Assembly: GCF_023055435.1 (NCBI RefSeq)
Contig: NW_025963879.1
Location: forward strand, 992,001 to 1,056,000
Direction: 5' to 3'
Source: Haliotis rufescens
Lineage: Eukaryota
DNA length: 64,000 bases
A program made the position numbers and the translations under genes. Every line of letters starts with the position of its first letter. Position 1 is the stretch's first letter. The notes beneath the pieces are model-generated. The model was not told where the DNA came from. It made no database searches and saw only the letters and a list, made by a program, of their open reading frames with translations. Positions 61,750 to 64,000 of this stretch are shown here, piece after piece.

Positions 61750-64000
61750 TTATTGGGAAACAGGAACGTATGAAAGTGGTCATATTCAACGAGTCCACAC
61801 ATCTGCCCATCGATAATGATGTTAATTATGTGGAAGATAGTAACATCTTGCCCAGGTCTTCACAGGATAGGGTTATTAATAAAAGAGGCCATGCCCTATT
61901 AGACTTCTTCAAACTCACCGGGCCAAGAATGTGTAATGGGCGAACAGGTAAAGATGCAGGGATTGGTATTTTTACCTGCTATGCTAACAACGGTCAAATT
62001 ATGGTTGACTATATTCTAGTTTTTTCATAATTTTCGTTTGCGAACCAAGTGGGATCCAGCCATATACCTCTCATTAAAATTTACAATAATACATGAGTAA
62101 TGTGAAGAAAAAACTCGGACACTCGGACCTTATTGGAAAGAAGAACAGAAAATAAACTTTAATCCTAACTCGAATACTTTACCAGTTTGTAACATTAGTG
62201 AATTCGAATTCTTAGATAATCTTGCCAATTGTACTGCAAGAGCTGTAACCTCATTTGTAAAAAGAATGACAGCCTGTGTTGAAGGCTGTAGAGTTTCTCA
62301 GTCAACTAATGTAGAAATGATGTAAGAAGGGGAGGTAACTGGTACGACACGGAATGTGTTGAAGCACGAGCCGATGCACGCAGGTGGTTGGGCCATGCCT
62401 CTAACAGTAAAGTTGATAGGCAGCTTGATACACCGGCATGGAAATACTATATAAAGAGTTTGGGGTAACTAAATCACATCATTATAGATCTGTGTTGGAA
62501 GGGAAACTTGTGCCTTCTTTACAAATAAATAATGATAAGATGTTTTGGTCTTTAGTCGCAAAAAGGACTTGTGCCCCGTTGAAAGGTATATCTGTTGATC
62601 ACTCGATTAAGCATTTTGAGTCAGTGTTTCTAGGTAGACGAGAAAGTGCAGATATTATTTTTTGTTTATTAATTTGTAGACAACTTTGTCAATTCCTTTG
62701 GTGATGAGTTGATAGAGATAGATACGACTGGTATCAACTCTCTTGTTCAGAAGGCCCGTACATATAATTTTTTTAATATTTGACAGTCAAATTAAGCCTG
62801 TATTATTATACACTTCAGAAATATGGGGCTATTCAAAAATTGCAGCAACTGAAAAATTTCAGATTACATTCTGTAAATTAACTATTGGGAATTGGAAGTC
62901 ATGTTACAAATGTTGCTGCCCTTGGCGAATGTGGTAGATATGGATTATTTATTGATTATCACAAGAGATGTATTAAATATTGGTTGAAATTGTTATCTTT
63001 ACCCAGTTATAGATACCCTAAGCAATGCTATTTAATGCTGAAATCTTTAGATGAAGTTAATCGCAATACATGGGTAACTTGTGTCAAAAGATTATTATTC
63101 AGTTATGGATTTGTCCACGTGTGGATTTCGCAGGAAGTTGGTAATGAGACCCTCTTTATTAATGCATTTATTCAAAGGTTAAAAGACTGTAACCAACAGG
63201 ACTGGTATTGTGAAGTTTTTGAAATACGTAAATTATCAGTGTATAAGGAATATAAGTCATGATTGCTAACAGTTGAAAAGTATCTCTGTGAAATCACAAG
63301 CCGTCATTATAGACGTATGTTTTGTTTGTTAAGAGTTGGCGAGTTGCCATTGATGGTAAATTTAGGTAGAAGATGCGGTACAGAGTACTGTAATAGGCAG
63401 TGCAGATTTTGTAATTTACAGGGAATTGAAGATGAGTTTCATTTTATGCTTGTCTGCCAATGTTACAGATATTTAAGAAATAAGTATTTACCTATTTATT
63501 ACTCTTCCAATCCTACTTTATTTAAATATATTACACTATTATCTTGTAACCGCACTAGTATTGTAACTAATTGTGTTAAGTAAATACTGGAAGCACTTGC
63601 AATCCGAAATACTGTCACTTAATACCCTCTGTCATCTGCCTCATACTGTATTTTTCAATGAGTATTTGTACGTGGGCCTATGGCCTTTATACTGAAATAA
63701 AGAATTGAGTTGATAGAGAATACAGATGTCCCCGAAAGTGAGGTAGAAACTGTAATTAATCTAGGGGAATTGGTACAAGCTCTTTGAAATATGAAGTGTG
63801 GTAAAGCTCCTGGTTATAGTGGAATACTTGAGGATGAGTGCCCCACCCACATGTCTGGACATGTTATTACAATTATTTAATGCAGTAAGTATTCATAAGT
63901 GACTGTTATCCAGATCAGTGGTCTAACGGCGTCATACTTCCCATTTGTAAGTAAGATCGATAATCCAAATGACCCCCCTAATTATAGACTTGTTACACTA
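61750..64000 (+). mobile_element. Decayed RTE-X-like LINE (endonuclease end to RT start), host of a nested insertion
   Basis: DRVINKRGHALLDF..CNGR..FTC..MVDY (end of APE domain). After the insert it resumes with MKCGKAPG..LFN..YPDQWSNGVILPI..NYRLVTL. The clade call rests on motif resemblance only. Confidence 0.75.
62719..63705 (+). mobile_element. 5'-truncated 3' end of an RTE-X-like LINE nested in the older copy
   Basis: FDSQIKPVLLYTSEIWG, LGECGR, IKYWLKLL, CRFC..IEDEFHFMLVC; AATAAAGAATTGA tail; 14-bp TSD TGAGTTGATAGAGA (62705-62718 / 63706-63719). Confidence 0.8.

Overview
Eukaryotic, AT-rich, intron-rich DNA. It is most likely a gastropod mollusc such as abalone, inferred from the V-domain and tRNA-derived SINEs with (ACTC)n tails, not proven. 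The six-frame ORF track is largely uninformative because the genes are spliced. Reading GT-AG exons by hand on the minus strand gives three tandem, same-orientation paralogues with conserved intron phases: gene A 2996-12157 (~378 aa, one exon end in an N-gap), gene B 15002-37908 (921 aa) and gene C 49505-56263 (332 aa). Each encodes a signal peptide, a small six-cysteine module ending in CC (beta-defensin/clip-like spacing) and a chymotrypsin-fold (S1A) domain with all three catalytic residues replaced. Gene B also carries 13 calcium-binding EGF exons between the six-Cys module and the pseudo-protease. This defensin/clip-like pseudo-protease cluster is the main candidate novel system. The second candidate is an abundant ~270-bp retroposon with a fixed 5' end, no tRNA head and a predicted multi-helix/pseudoknot RNA head. 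The rest is SINEs (four families, similar 3' tails), decayed CR1, RTE-X-like, Penelope-like and Tc1 elements (several nested with target-site duplications), MITEs, and four large minisatellite arrays, all inside gene B introns.
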